53,915 nucleotides of DNA from Acanthaster planci (GCF_001949145.1 NW_019091360.1:382502-436416); one strand, 5' to 3'; shown: positions 39,201-48,315, numbered from the stretch's first letter. The notes: generated by a model from the sequence alone, not told the origin. Program-made: numbers and translations.

Positions 39201-41675
39201 TAAGGCCAGTTGACTTTTGTAGAGGCTGTGTCTTTTTATTTATTTAATGCCTTATGACTTTTCCAGAACAATACCATGGAATATTTTGTAATGGTAGACA
39301 GACTCTGAATGATATGCTTATCCTGTATCAATCTTCATATTTGATCTGGTAATTTTTTAATGTTGGACCAATATATGTTTTTCCATAAGGGGATACTGAG
39401 CTGCAACACACTTGCATTCTTTTAAAAGAGAGAGTAAGAGTACATGTACCTGTATGACCTGTCATGATTGTGAATTTACACGCACGGTAAGGTTTGAAAG
39501 TCATTGTGTATTACCATAGTTTTCAGAATATAAGCTTCCCGGTGTATGGGCTGCAGCATGCAAAAAACAGCAAATTAAGATTTAAAGTCGGTGTATAAGC
39601 TGCACCGGTGTATAGACCACACAGCAGTGCTGACGATCCAACCATGAAGGTGCTGCAGGTTGGAGTGAGGTGGATAAATGGAGAGATAAGAAAGGAAAAA
39701 ATAGGCAAAAGGGAAACAGGGACTAAATAAAAGGATTATAAGCTGGCCTGGATAGACAAAAGTATAATCAAACACTGTGGGCCGAGGACCTGTCTATTCA
39801 AACTTAAAATGCCAACACAGAACATATATACGTATAAAACATTTGCATATTGTCAGTGCTCTGGGACCAACGTCACTCAGCCACCACACAACACCCCCAC
39901 ACATTCCAACACAAACCCATCCCACTTTTCTCAATACATCCAACTCGAGCCAGTCGCTGTCCTTGTGGAATGGCCCAGAGCACAAATAATATGCCTGAAA
40001 TAGTGTATTTCTATATAATTGATATAAAATAATAAATAATCCTTTACAAGCTGGAAGTTGAAGTGTCATTAATCAGTTTAACAATACATTTCTGAACATT
40101 CCAAGTATGAAATAAATACAAACTACAGGTCATAAAAGTGGGTAATCAGGTTTTGAGTGAAACATGTTAAAGAGTCAACTGTCGCAGAGTCCTTAATGTG
40201 AGATGGGAGTGCAGTGTGTTAAAGAAAAGAAAAGAAGTTATAGTCTCATCTGCAATAGATGTTTCATGCTTTAAAGCACATTCCACCAGGAGTGCAGCTA
40301 CCTCGGCTGCAGCTCTATCAGGAATTTCCATTGTGGAAATTTTCAAAGCAGCTGATTGGTCATCTGCTGGTACATTTAGAAAAATCTACCAGAGGGATGT
40401 AGTATCCTTAAGGTTTGGAACAGCAGGGCTAGTTTTGGTTGAGTTTTGAATTGTACAATGAGTCTTGATATTAACTGGGATGAAATATAATTTCCAATTT
40501 TGTAAATGCACTTACTTATAATTGGAATTAAATGAGGAAGGACTCATACTCCCTCCCAAAGGTCTCAGGAGTTTCCTCTTTTATACCTACCCATATGCAA
40601 TCACTTCAGCCAGTTAAGGGTACTCCTGTCTACAACTACAAAGAGAAAAGCCTAAAGGAGCTAAGGTAGTCTTTGAAGTATTCAGAGAGCCAAATGTGCA
40701 GTCTTCAAAAGACCATCCCAAAATAATGCACTGTTTCAATTTTTGTTTTTATTGATTTTACATACAGTTATGTTTCTTTGCTAGAATGCTTTGATCTTTT
40801 CTCCCCAGTAGGTTCCGAAAATGTTGCAGAGCAAATGGAAGGGATGGAAATCTGTCAATCGCATGGAGAGCAGGAAAAGCCACATACACCACAAGAGCAA
40901 CAGACATGTTAGTGTCTTCAGTGCTTCAATTGATTTTTTTTGTGAATATGTCTTTGAGGGTGGATGCTTGAGAGGGCAATAGGGGCTATGGTCCCCCCCC
41001 AAAAAAAAATATTTAACATCTTTTTAAGAACTAAAGGCAAGTCTTTGTCTATTTCATTCCATTTCCTTTCCACAAGTGTGTAAAAAGTGCCAAAATGTTG
41101 CCTTAACCTTCAAAATACCACAAAGTTCATGTGCAAAATTTAAATTGTTTTTTACCTCTCCAAACAAGTCCCCCCCTGGGAAAATTTTGGATATGGATCC
41201 ACCCTTGCTTGACTTTGTGGACCTATGTACCATAATTTTATGGAATATAAGTCGCCCAGTATATAAAGAATAAACATACAAGCCGCAGCTTGCAGTCCGA
41301 AAATTACGGTACAAAACATTCAATGTTTGAAAGATGTATATGTGTATGTGTTGTGAGTATATTAATTGTTGAAATATACATGTATATCATGCAATAAACA
41401 TCAAGTGAAAAAAAATGCTACATGAAGTACAGTATTGTTACAAAGTCCAGTTCTAAATGAAATGAGATTTATATGTAATATCACCAACAACGGTTTCTTC
41501 TGTCATCTTTCAGATGGAGGGATTACTATGAGCAAGAAAGAACATGTAATTGGACAGGAATCGTTACCTGAATACAGGATGACCCGCAACCCGAGGGGAC
41601 TGTGTATGATTATCAACAATATCAACTTTGTTGGAAACAGATTTAGAGTCCGTACAGGCAGTGGAAAAGACACAG
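5927..41675 (+). CDS. CASP8: Spliced caspase-8/10-like initiator caspase gene, 3'-partial; architecture DED-DED-DD-linker-DD-linker-caspase large subunit start (7 exons, 521 codons visible)
   Basis: Seven GT-AG-bounded exons join in frame (intron phases 2,1,1,1,1,1,1) without stops. They encode tandem DEDs, two death domains and the caspase p20 N-terminal motif YRMTRNPRGLCMIINNINF...RTGSGKD. The symbol indicates family likeness; orthology was not tested. Confidence 0.85.
6434..7477. mobile_element. Tc1/mariner (pogo/Tigger-like) MITE
   Basis: TA|CAGTTGACT...TAATACAAG and CTCGTATTA...AGTCAACTG|TA termini. Related ends occur at ~15300-15320 and 41727. Confidence 0.75.
6903..7155. mobile_element. 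MITE with ~50-bp near-perfect TIRs nested in the 6434-7477 element
   Basis: tgtgacccactctgtgaaaatgagtcttaagtcgccagagccacttttt and its reverse complement at ~7106-7155; TA flanks. Confidence 0.9.
8664..8896 (+). CDS. CASP8: Caspase-8-like coding exon 2: death effector domain 2
   Basis: Acceptor tttttttttcag|G completes the AG+G Arg codon from exon 1; donor TG|gtgagt (phase 1). RLLLLEVADSTSTAELECFKQGCKDLL...VYQLFSLLEERETLSPSRLAFLFQLL aligns to caspase-8 DED2. Confidence 0.9.
9061..11663. mobile_element. PIF/Harbinger-like non-autonomous element containing nested insertions
   Basis: ~45-bp imperfect TIR: gacgtgaggtcaaaatacaaacg... vs ...ccgtctgtattttgaccttacgcc. Flanks TCA and TAA. Confidence 0.65.
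11195..11616. mobile_element. Candidate solo LTR
   Basis: TGTTAA...TTAACA termini, GC-richer interior; 5-bp flanks ccagg / ccaaa match only partly. Confidence 0.4.
11787..13135 (+). mobile_element. Related tRNA-derived SINE split by a ~1.06-kb insertion (11886-12944)
   Basis: Head gtgtagtggttctttcctcgccttccac...gggttagaattc...ggattgggttttCAGTC resumes at CAGTCcctacctga...ttttcctcccacctctaaaac and ends in (AAT)n. CAGTC is duplicated at 11881 and 12945. Confidence 0.7.
14290..15113. repeat. Degenerate ~135-150-bp tandem repeats ending in a hairpin plus CTAGTT; probable Helitron/Helentron-derived non-autonomous element
   Basis: About five recurring units (attgggtt...gatatcttgaaagggaag...tagaggaaaattga...atgatgtcatcagata.caagtca). 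Terminal gatgtt...aacatc ttctagtt at 15081-15113. Confidence 0.5.
15420..15683 (+). CDS. Coding exon 3: death domain 1 (264 nt, phase 1-1)
   Basis: Acceptor ctgttcttgacag|AG, donor ATA|gtaagt. LPDDELVQLSSHLASEWRKLGSFLGL...IDLDQHSTEGKAAEVLFKWR...LSKALKMCDRLDLAE is a canonical death domain pattern. Confidence 0.88.
16411..16982. mobile_element. Non-autonomous piggyBac-type MITE, family copy 1
   Basis: TIR ccacttgc / gcaagtgg, flanks TCAA and TTAA. Shares internal blocks (attgacgcccgagtatttcagccaggcc, gcccagattgtg, gtcttttgttccgag) with the other copies. Confidence 0.8.
16987..17401. mobile_element. Second piggyBac-type non-autonomous element abutting MITE copy 1
   Basis: TTAA|CCCTTT...GGAGGGG|TTAA. 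GC-richer than its flanks; TIR match is poor beyond the terminal CCC/GGG. Confidence 0.5.
17832..18169. mobile_element. hAT-like MITE
   Basis: TIR cgtacctgccaa / ttggcaggtatg; TSD not clear. Confidence 0.55.
18354..18750. mobile_element. PIF/Harbinger (Tourist-like) MITE
   Basis: TAA target duplication; ~32-bp TIR gggccggcgaccatttagacctggtttgaaaa / ttttcaaactgggtctaaatggtcgccggccc. Confidence 0.9.
18955..19128 (+). CDS. Coding exon 4: Pro/Ser-rich linker 1 (174 nt, phase 1-1)
   Basis: Acceptor cactgtttgtctag|AT, donor CTG|gtatga. The open frame NMAREHQQSALSPGK...RPVSFTHIS is phase-compatible with both neighbours. No domain homology is visible, so support is splice and phase only. Confidence 0.65.
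19433..20011. mobile_element. Non-autonomous piggyBac-type MITE, family copy 2
   Basis: TTAA on both sides (19429-19432, 20012-20015); 15-bp TIR ccacgacctgccggg / cccggcaggaagtgg. Internally similar to 16411-16982 and 44784-45369. Confidence 0.85.
20280..20397. repeat. 118-bp near-perfect hairpin (minimal MITE)
   Basis: taaggtggaaagcttacggtagcaccattcaaggatacgatctctttgtg is mirrored by cacaaagagattgtatccttgcatggtgctaccgcaagctttccacctta around a short loop. Confidence 0.9.
20576..21040. other. Assembly gap
   Basis: N run. Confidence 1.
24430..28967 (+). pseudogene. Decayed AcademX-type DNA transposon ORF (Academ transposase + XPG/FEN-like nuclease + C-terminal Cys cluster), many stops and frameshifts
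   Basis: Collinear + strand fragments: DLVALEACYY, FDQAIYAKA...LGEFHTAMAFL, DQTIEQTANRDSK, WIIDGMAM, CNHEEADTRLLLH, ASPDTDV, HCFTGCDSVSSFHGKGK (XPG/FEN acidic and H3TH motifs) and CSCKKSGCDGVRCSCRKSGILCTDVCRC. This layout is established for Academ elements. Confidence 0.8.
32106..33950 (-). mobile_element. Decayed, internally deleted Gypsy LTR retrotransposon relic (RT/RNase H fragments, PBS, short candidate LTR)
   Basis: Minus-strand fragments TPYGHYRWLRMPFGISSAPEEFQ...ITDDILIYG and MVTYLAKFLPELSTVCEPLRRL. Candidate LTR TGTTA...TAACA at 33836-33950, followed on the minus strand by the PBS-like TGGTGTCGG. PPT-like AAAGGGAGGGG near 32106-32116. Confidence 0.75.
33951..35700 (-). mobile_element. 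Decayed CR1/L2-group LINE ORF2 (reverse transcriptase) relic
   Basis: Minus-strand fragments PDIWQSANVTPVFLK, VFLDMSK, SGVPQGSVLG, LFADD, FNTGKTK, YLGLKID and LYKSLV, with frameshifts. Confidence 0.85.
36749..37006 (+). CDS. Coding exon 5: death domain 2 (258 nt, phase 1-1)
   Basis: Acceptor ctctctgatag|AT, donor AAG|gtattc. DHGLPDTVLRELSEYIIGEWKKIGTFLNL...KAYHMLMTWR...LKTVGRVDLSE has 33/80 identical residues to DD1, ungapped (manual count). Confidence 0.88.
37370..37558. mobile_element. piggyBac-type element spanning an assembly gap
   Basis: TTAA|CCCCTTC...GAAGGGG|TTAA around the N-run at 37410-37523; true length unknown. Confidence 0.7.
37410..37523. other. Assembly gap
   Basis: N run. 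Confidence 1.
38474..38605 (+). CDS. Coding exon 6: Gln-rich linker 2 (132 nt, phase 1-1)
   Basis: Acceptor tatctatttattag|TA, donor CAT|gtaagt. The open frame VHMAQPLQSMNVQFTQQPEVIDWPAHYTRDSQQQQSQADATPEA is not the frame shown in the ORF track. Confidence 0.65.
40240..40449 (+). mobile_element. DIRS-type retrotransposon tyrosine recombinase C-terminal relic
   Basis: FKAHSTRSAATSAA...EIFKAADWSSAGTFRKIY carries the HSxR ... W ... Y signature of DIRS recombinases. Confidence 0.8.
40957..41205. mobile_element. hAT-like MITE
   Basis: Termini agggtggatgc / ggatccaccct with subterminal poly-C runs. Confidence 0.55.
41514..41675 (+). CDS. CASP8: Coding exon 7: start of caspase large (p20) subunit (162 nt, phase 1-1)
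   Basis: Acceptor ctgtcatctttcag|AT, donor CAG|gtatga. EYRMTRNPRGLCMIINNINFVGNRFRVRTGSGKDT matches the caspase signature Y-x-M-xxx-PRG-x-C-x-IINN-x-NF ... R-x-G-[ST]-xx-D. Confidence 0.92.
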
Positions 41676-41909
41676 GTATGAGATTCTGTCAATCAGTTTG
41701 AGTAGAAATGTACTAATTAACAAATACAGTCAACTCTCTGTAATACGAGCTCAGATAGGACAAGATTCCAATTTGTGAGAGCATATTTCAGTAGTGTGTA
41801 CATTCCTGTGAGGACAAAAATCTTTAATATGAGGTTGGGTGAAACAAGTTTCTGTTAAGATGGCACCTTTTGTGGTATAGTTGAGTGCAAATGTTATCTT
41901 TCTATCCAA

Positions 41910-43938
41910 CCCTTTATGCGCTATTGCCGACTCCAGTCACCCGGCCCTTTTTTCCCACACTGCTATCGGCGACCACAGTGCCCCCGCAAGAACAGTGCTG
42001 TATAAATGAATGAATGAAGCAAACCTTTGACCCCTGAACCCGCATCCGGGTATTTTCTGAAAAGTGAATACGTGGCAAACATTTCTCAACAGTAAAATCA
42101 CATTCGTTTCTGAGAAAATTTTCTGCAATTTTCGATCGAAATTCTGTGTGTCCCAATGTTCGAGTGCTCGCTAAAACAAAAGGCATGTACAATGGAAGCT
42201 TCAGCCACATTTCGGAAGATTTTTGGAGACTCAGACTATGGAGATTCCGACTTTGAAGGCTTTTTGCAGACGATTCTTGTGATAGTGACGATTATGTCAC
42301 CCAGGGCTCCGTTGACTATAGTGTGAATGATGCATTTGATGGGCCGCAACAACACCACGATGGCTCCGGTGAAGTTCGCCAACAACCTAGAGGTAATTAC
42401 AGTAATGCGGCTCAGATCGCAGCACGTAATGATGCATTTCAGAGGGCGTACCATTATGACTGGCTGATCAATTTCAGCCATCCACACGGCCAGCTGATTT
42501 TCGATGACAAAGAGCCAACAGAATATGGGATTTTCTCCCATTATTTCGATGCAGAGGTAATTGACTTCTTGTAGAAATGAACAGATATGCGGTGACCATC
42601 ATTGCAAGTAAAGGCGGTATAGAAAGCTTGGGAGATTATTCGAGATTACGCAAGTGGCGAGTTGTCAGTGACACCGAAATGAGAGCATTTCTGGCTATAT
42701 TACTGTTGTTCAAAATTGATCGTCGCCCCAACTGTGAGTCATACTGGACCACAGAATGGACAATGGAGGCCCCCAGAATAAGGTCCATAATGTCCAGGGA
42801 TTGCTTCCAACTAATCTTGACCGTTTTCCATTGCACCGACAATGTGTTGGTGACTCAACCTGGTGACGCCAACCGTTATCAATGAGGCAAAATAAAAGAA
42901 CTAATGGACATGCTTTTGACTCGATGGATGTTGAGTTATTATGCAGACCGAGAAGTGTCGGTTGATGAAACAATCATATCGTTCAAGGGCTGCACTGGAA
43001 TGAAAGTGTACAAACCCAACAAACCCCACTGAATTGCTGGAATTTGGCTGAGGCGAAGACCTGATACATCTGGAATGCTGAACTTTACCAGGGAAAGAAA
43101 ACTGAGGATGTTGAGGTTGGCTTGTATCACAATGTCGTAGCGACACTTTGTGAGCCAGTGTACGGGAGGGGACACCACATGTACGTGGACAGTTTGTTTT
43201 CTTCTCCTGCCCTGTTCAAAGAAGTTGAAACAAACAATGTTGGTGCATGTGGCATGCTCCGCATCAACCGCGCAGGAACACCAGAAGTAATCAAGAAATC
43301 TAAACTGAAGAAGGATTACCCACTCCTGGCTGTTCATAATGGAAACTTACTGTTCCTTGCATGGCATGACAAGAGGCAAGTCAATTTGATGATGTCTGTC
43401 CACAACGCCAACACATTCAGGAAGCAGGTGCGAGACCCACGAGAAGTTGACAAACCAGTGGCCATAGAATGTTACACCAAGTATGTGGGCGGAGTGGACA
43501 GAGCTGATCAGGGCATGTGGTATCATTTGAACATTCACAAGACCCTAAAATGGTGGTTGAGGTCAGCTATATCAACAGCTGGATTGTGTGGAAATCTCTC
43601 CATCCAGGCACTCGGCATTCTCCAGAGAAGTTGCAGATTAGTGTTTCTAAGTAAATGTCAAAAAAAATCAGGAGTGATTGAGCAGACATTTTGAAGAAAA
43701 TTTTATTAGTTTCATTTTAATGGCTTCATATTTCATACGCTTTTTAATTTTAATAAAAAATATACCCACCAATGGATAGGTAATTTCATACTGAACAAAA
43801 AGTTTGCATTCTCCCATAGAATGTATCCTTCACCAAGAAAAACATCCATGAAACATCATTGAGCAATTGCTTGGGTACTTAAAAAGAAACCCAGCGCCAC
43901 TGGAATATGAGTGGATAAGGATGGTAGCGTGTTAAGGG
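41910..43938 (+). mobile_element. Decayed piggyBac transposon (PGBD4-like transposase pseudogene ~42186-43560)
   Basis: CCC...GGG termini (ccctttatgcgcta / tagcgtgttaaggg), right TTAA at 43939-43942, left site decayed to CCAA. Fragments EMRAFLAI, IMSRDCFQLI, VDETIISFKG, YVDSLFSSPALF, WHDKRQV and YTKYVGGVDRADQ are interrupted by stops and frameshifts. Confidence 0.9.
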
Positions 43939-43990
43939 TTAACACAAGCAACGTGTCAATAAACCAACCCATTTAGTAAAGGTGCTGTTG

Positions 43991-44367
43991 CAAGTGATTA
44001 TCTTTATAACAAAGAAGAAATTGACATGCACAGCAACTTGGTTACTGCATCAAAAGTCACACACAAAAGCACTCTACACCAAGCAAAAATGACCCATGAA
44101 TGGACAACATTTTAAACAACCAATGACAAAGGGAACACCTGTTTCATCAAAATGATGTGCATGAGTGGTTTCTGTATTGGGATGCCATCCTTAGTGACAA
44201 TGCATAAACATTATTGAAAAGTAATGATTGTGACTTCTTTATTTCATCCTGTGACATTGATTTCTGCATAAAACTTAAGGATCATTCTGTTACATTCTGT
44301 GACTTTGATGCAGTAACCAAGTTGCTCTGCATGTCAATTTCTTCTTTGTTATAAAGATAATCACTTG
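43991..44367. mobile_element. MITE with ~70-bp near-perfect TIRs, superfamily unclear
   Basis: caagtgattatctttataacaaagaagaaattgacatgcacagcaacttggttactgcatcaaaagtcac and its reverse complement at 44299-44367. Confidence 0.88.
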
Positions 44368-44783
44368 TTTTGGGGCGTGTGATTAGTAAGGGGTATTACC
44401 TGTGTACAAAAATTGTTTATTTCTTGAGTAAATTTTTATGTGTGGCCTTTGACAGAAGTGGCAAATTTCTTTTGCTGTCTAGTGTAATTTTCTATATGTA
44501 GGTACATGGGATATTCGTATTCATGTAGAGTAAACTCCATCTACTGAAGTATACAAAATATAGTGCAATTTTTTATGAGGCATCCTGTCGCGACGCACTT
44601 CTTTTCACATTGCAGTAGTCTTAGTTTCAAGATGTTCTTCCTGGTGTTTGGTGGGTGACAGTAGTTTGTGTCTATTGTGGTTGTGATAGGATCCTCTTGC
44701 AGTGACAGTTAATCAAGCACATCTACAACAGCGTTTTTAAGTGGCTGTGAAAGCTTATCCACACATCAGTCCTAATCAGTTTG

Positions 44784-45369
44784 GCACTTTATGCCGGGGC
44801 ATTTTTCAATGTTGATGATGCTGGGCCGACATGACTATCATTTTTTCAGTTTTCAAAATCCTTCAAAAATTCATCATTTCATTTAACGGTCGTTTATAGC
44901 CGCACCAAGTAATGTTTAGGCACTACTCTAAGTTGACAGGTGGCCTTCATTGATGCCCGAGTATTTCAGCCAGGCCAGCAGCCTTGTAAACATAGCCCAG
45001 ATTGTGCGGTGTTGTATAACTGTCTTTTGTTCATGAACCTGGCTTAGTGCACTGCTGACCTTTTTTCAATAGCAGCCAGATTAGCGTGCAGCAGTGCTGT
45101 GTGGCTCATCGCTGAGGTGGTGGAGCGCTTTTGTCCCGGTGGTAATCCACTCACTCTCAATGCCCCAAACTCTGGTATACAGTTTCAAAACAAGGCTGGA
45201 TTATCACCACTTTTGAGAGTGAAAAATGTCGGTAATGCCCAGCAGCCTGGTCTTTTGTTCGGAGTATGGTCTTTTGTTACAGGGCCCTGTTTCCTTTGTC
45301 CGAGTTTGGAGACCCCGGCCATGCATATAAACCATATGTCTCTGATCCCGGAGTCCCGGCAGGAAGTGG
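44784..45369. mobile_element. Non-autonomous piggyBac-type MITE, family copy 3
   Basis: Right end cccggcaggaagtgg|TTAA is identical to copy 2; left end is decayed (gcactttatgccggg); same internal blocks. Confidence 0.8.
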
Positions 45370-45543
45370 TTAAAGTGATAAGAATTATGCATATCCTACC
45401 ATTCTTACTACAGTTTGTTGCTGCTTCTGGTCAAACAGAATTATCCAAACCTTCCTGTGTGGCTCGAGTCGCAGATCACGGAATAACTTTGGACTGTGGC
45501 TTGAAATCATACATAGCACAACTTGTCTTGTACTTGGACAGAA

Positions 45544-45657
45544 AGACTTGTGACTTGTTTGTGCTTGGACCAAATGACTTGTGACGTGACCTAGACTTGC
45601 ACAAATGGACTTGTGACTTGACTTGGACTTGCAAAAGTTGACTTGTTACCACCTCTG
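45544..45657. repeat. GACTTG(T/G) short tandem repeats at a MITE end
   Basis: Repeated gacttgtgacttg / gacttggacttg, ending in gttaccacctctg. Confidence 0.7.
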
Positions 45658-46079
45658 GCTTTCGATTAGATCAGTCACGATGTATTAAAAAAAACCTTGT
45701 CAATTTTGACATTTAAACAAACCTGACTGAAAGAAGTTTCTTACAGAGACATTAATTCTGTTGACTTTACTACATGTACATGTATGTTCCAAAAGGGTAT
45801 GTTATCATCCGATTTATATTGTGGCAATTTATCTTTGTGTGGTTCTGGTGAGCTTGATTGTTTTGCCACTTCGACATGGGGTGTTTTGAGTTCTGTTCAT
45901 AGTCATGCACCTATTACAAAAAATATCCCTGCACTTGTCCGTATGTTACATAGTCAAACAGTGAGATCAGATCGGCTAAAGGAAATCCAAACATGAATGG
46001 AGAATTACTAGGTTTTATCTTGATTATGAGCTTAGTAGTAAGAATTGTCATGATCTGTGGGGAGCTTACCACCGCCAAG

Positions 46080-47030
46080 GTCAAGTCTTACAAGCGCCAC
46101 TCCATGTAATACTCCAGGCACATCAACAAACTGACCTTTATGAAACAACGCGGAGATTCCAACATCATCCCTCCAGGCCTTCGACTCCATGATCCCATTT
46201 GGAGCCACAAGTCCTGTTCCATTCTACACAAAGCCAGCCTCACCCTCTTCCGCCACTGCATCAGTACCATTAGATTCACCCTTGCATCATTGGACAAGCA
46301 GATTTCCACGACCTAGAAGTAGCCTCGTTCTCCAATATCCATGCCTTCAAGGAATCACACCACTGCAAAGTCAACTCCAAGAGCAAGACCTGTACCTGTT
46401 CGAACCTTACGTTGATACTGGCAATGGAATCATCTATATCCCCACACCCACACAGCGCTTCCTTCAATCACCCAGGATCAAGACTTCATCAACCGGGCCC
46501 TTGTCCATAGGGCTTACAACATCTGTGACAAGGAACACCTCACCCACGTTCTACATCCATCACCTGCATCTGAACGGATTCAAGTCAAGCCAGATTAAGA
46601 CGCAAGACCTAAGTTCCATCCCTGACTGAAGGGTCACCTATACCCAAGCCTGAGGGCCTCAAGCATGGAATTTGAGTGTACCATACAGCCCCTTGAAGAT
46701 GCAGAATCTGCTAACTTTGCACAAGGACTGGCTGAACCCATGGCACAGGCCAGGTGTATACAAGATCCCCTGTCAGTTTGGAAAAGTGTACATCGGCAAG
46801 ACTGGTAAGGACCTCCCGACCAGATTCAATGAGCACAAAGCCCATGGCAGGAAAGGAGAATTTAAGAAATCATCCATCAAGACGACCACCAGATCAATTG
46901 GAGCCAAGCTGAACTCATTACCAGCATTAAACCTTGATACCTTCACTGCATCGGGGAGGCCACTGAAATCATCAAACACAGCATAGTCCCCCAAGACATC
47001 TGTTTCAGTATTAGTGATGTCTGGCACCCC
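46080..47030 (+). mobile_element. Penelope-like retroelement relic (RT C-terminus plus GIY-YIG endonuclease)
   Basis: GVYKIPCQFGKVYIGKTGKDLPTRFNEH is the Penelope GIY-YIG motif; IYIPTPTQRFL resembles the VYRKPTHT motif. Broken frames. Confidence 0.8.
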
Positions 47031-47419
47031 ATCCTCGCATCCCAGTCCAATGGGTCCCCTATACCCCAGGGCATGTTCCTAGCCTATGAGTCCTCTGTAC
47101 TCTTGGTACCCGTCTCCCTTGCTCCCCCTCCTTTGGATTGACACGGTTCTCTGATCATCTGGAGTCCCTTGTTCTGCTTGAGCACCTTTCCGTTCAATCC
47201 TGAGGTGGATCCCAATTTACCATCCTCTCTACACCTCACTGCTTCCTGACATCATGAGCTGCTTTGCCTCTGGATGATCAAATGAGAGTGGTGTTAAGTG
47301 CTTCTCATCGCCCCCTTCTGGCCACACCAGCCCTGGTTCCCTTGACTAACCACACTGCTCGTCCAACCGCCGATTGTCCTCCCCTCCAGACCAGATCTGT
47401 TTCACCAACCAAAGTCTGG

Positions 47420-47665
47420 TGTTCTCTATCTGTGGTACTGCTCCTCAATATAACATTGATTTTTTATCTCCGTATAATCCACCAAGGCACCAAAGATCAT
47501 CTGATGCTTTCCTGCTTATCATCCCACGTACTCAAAACTCATGGGGTGATCGCTGTTTTGCTAATGCCGGCCCTTTTCTCCTCAAGCGTCACTTGTGACG
47601 GACTTGGCACATTATCAATTCTGATTATTATTATGATACTTATTATAAGTATTATTGTTATTATC
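47420..47665 (+). mobile_element. L2-like LINE 3' fragment with (ATT)n-like tail
   Basis: GTAPQY...LSPYNPPRHQRSSDAFLLIIPRTQNSWGDRCFANAGP resembles the L2 ORF2 C-terminus and is followed by ATT-rich repeats. Confidence 0.65.
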
Positions 47666-47979
47666 CTCCTCCTCCTCACCCGTCATCCCTACATCTGACC
47701 TGCTGGCCATTGTCAAACAATCCTTCCAGTCAGCAGGACTTTCTAATGAAGATGCCTAGATGGCTTCAAACAGTTGACGCCAGTCAACATGCAACATCTA
47801 CAACTCTAGACTACGACATTTTACTTAATGGTGTACAGAGTAAAATCATGCTCCGATCAAAGTTTCTGTGACTGTAGCCTGGAAAAATGACACACCTAAG
47901 AAAACTTTAGACACTGGGGGAAACTCGCTTGCAAAATACAAAAAAAATCTTTCGCTGCGGATTATTACAAAAAGATAAA

Positions 47980-48192
47980 NNNNNNNNNNNNNNNNNNNNN
48001 NNNNNNNNNNNNNNNNNNNNNNNNNNNNNNNNNNNNNNNNNNNNNNNNNNNNNNNNNNNNNNNNNNNNNNNNNNNNNNNNNNNNNNNNNNNNNNNNNNNN
48101 NNNNNNNNNNNNNNNNNNNNNNNNNNNNNNNNNNNNNNNNNNNNNNNNNNNNNNNNNNNNNNNNNNNNNNNNNNNNNNNNNNNNNNNNNNNN
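47980..48192. other. Assembly gap (probably collapsed LTR sequence)
   Basis: N run directly beside the Gypsy polypurine tract. Confidence 1.
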
Positions 48193-48315
48193 ACTCTCCC
48201 CCTATTAAATACATTGCTGTCCTCAGCAATGGTGTAAAGAAAAAAAATCATATCATGCAAACGGCAAGACTGTTTATCGTGTTGGAGACATCTGTTCCAC
48301 TACTAGGGGAAGTTA

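Larger units (their letters stand above)
39514..41309. mobile_element. pogo/Tigger-like MITE expanded by nested insertions
   Basis: TA|CCATAGTTTTCAGAA and GTCCGAAAATTACGG|TA termini, with repeated tataagc/tataagtcgc subterminal motifs at both ends. Confidence 0.6.

Noticed and set aside
45784..45996. Possible next caspase exon (DCF...SH resemblance)
   Set aside because: No LxxxFxxLGF or properly spaced DCxxxxxxSHG motif and no convincing phase-1 acceptor.
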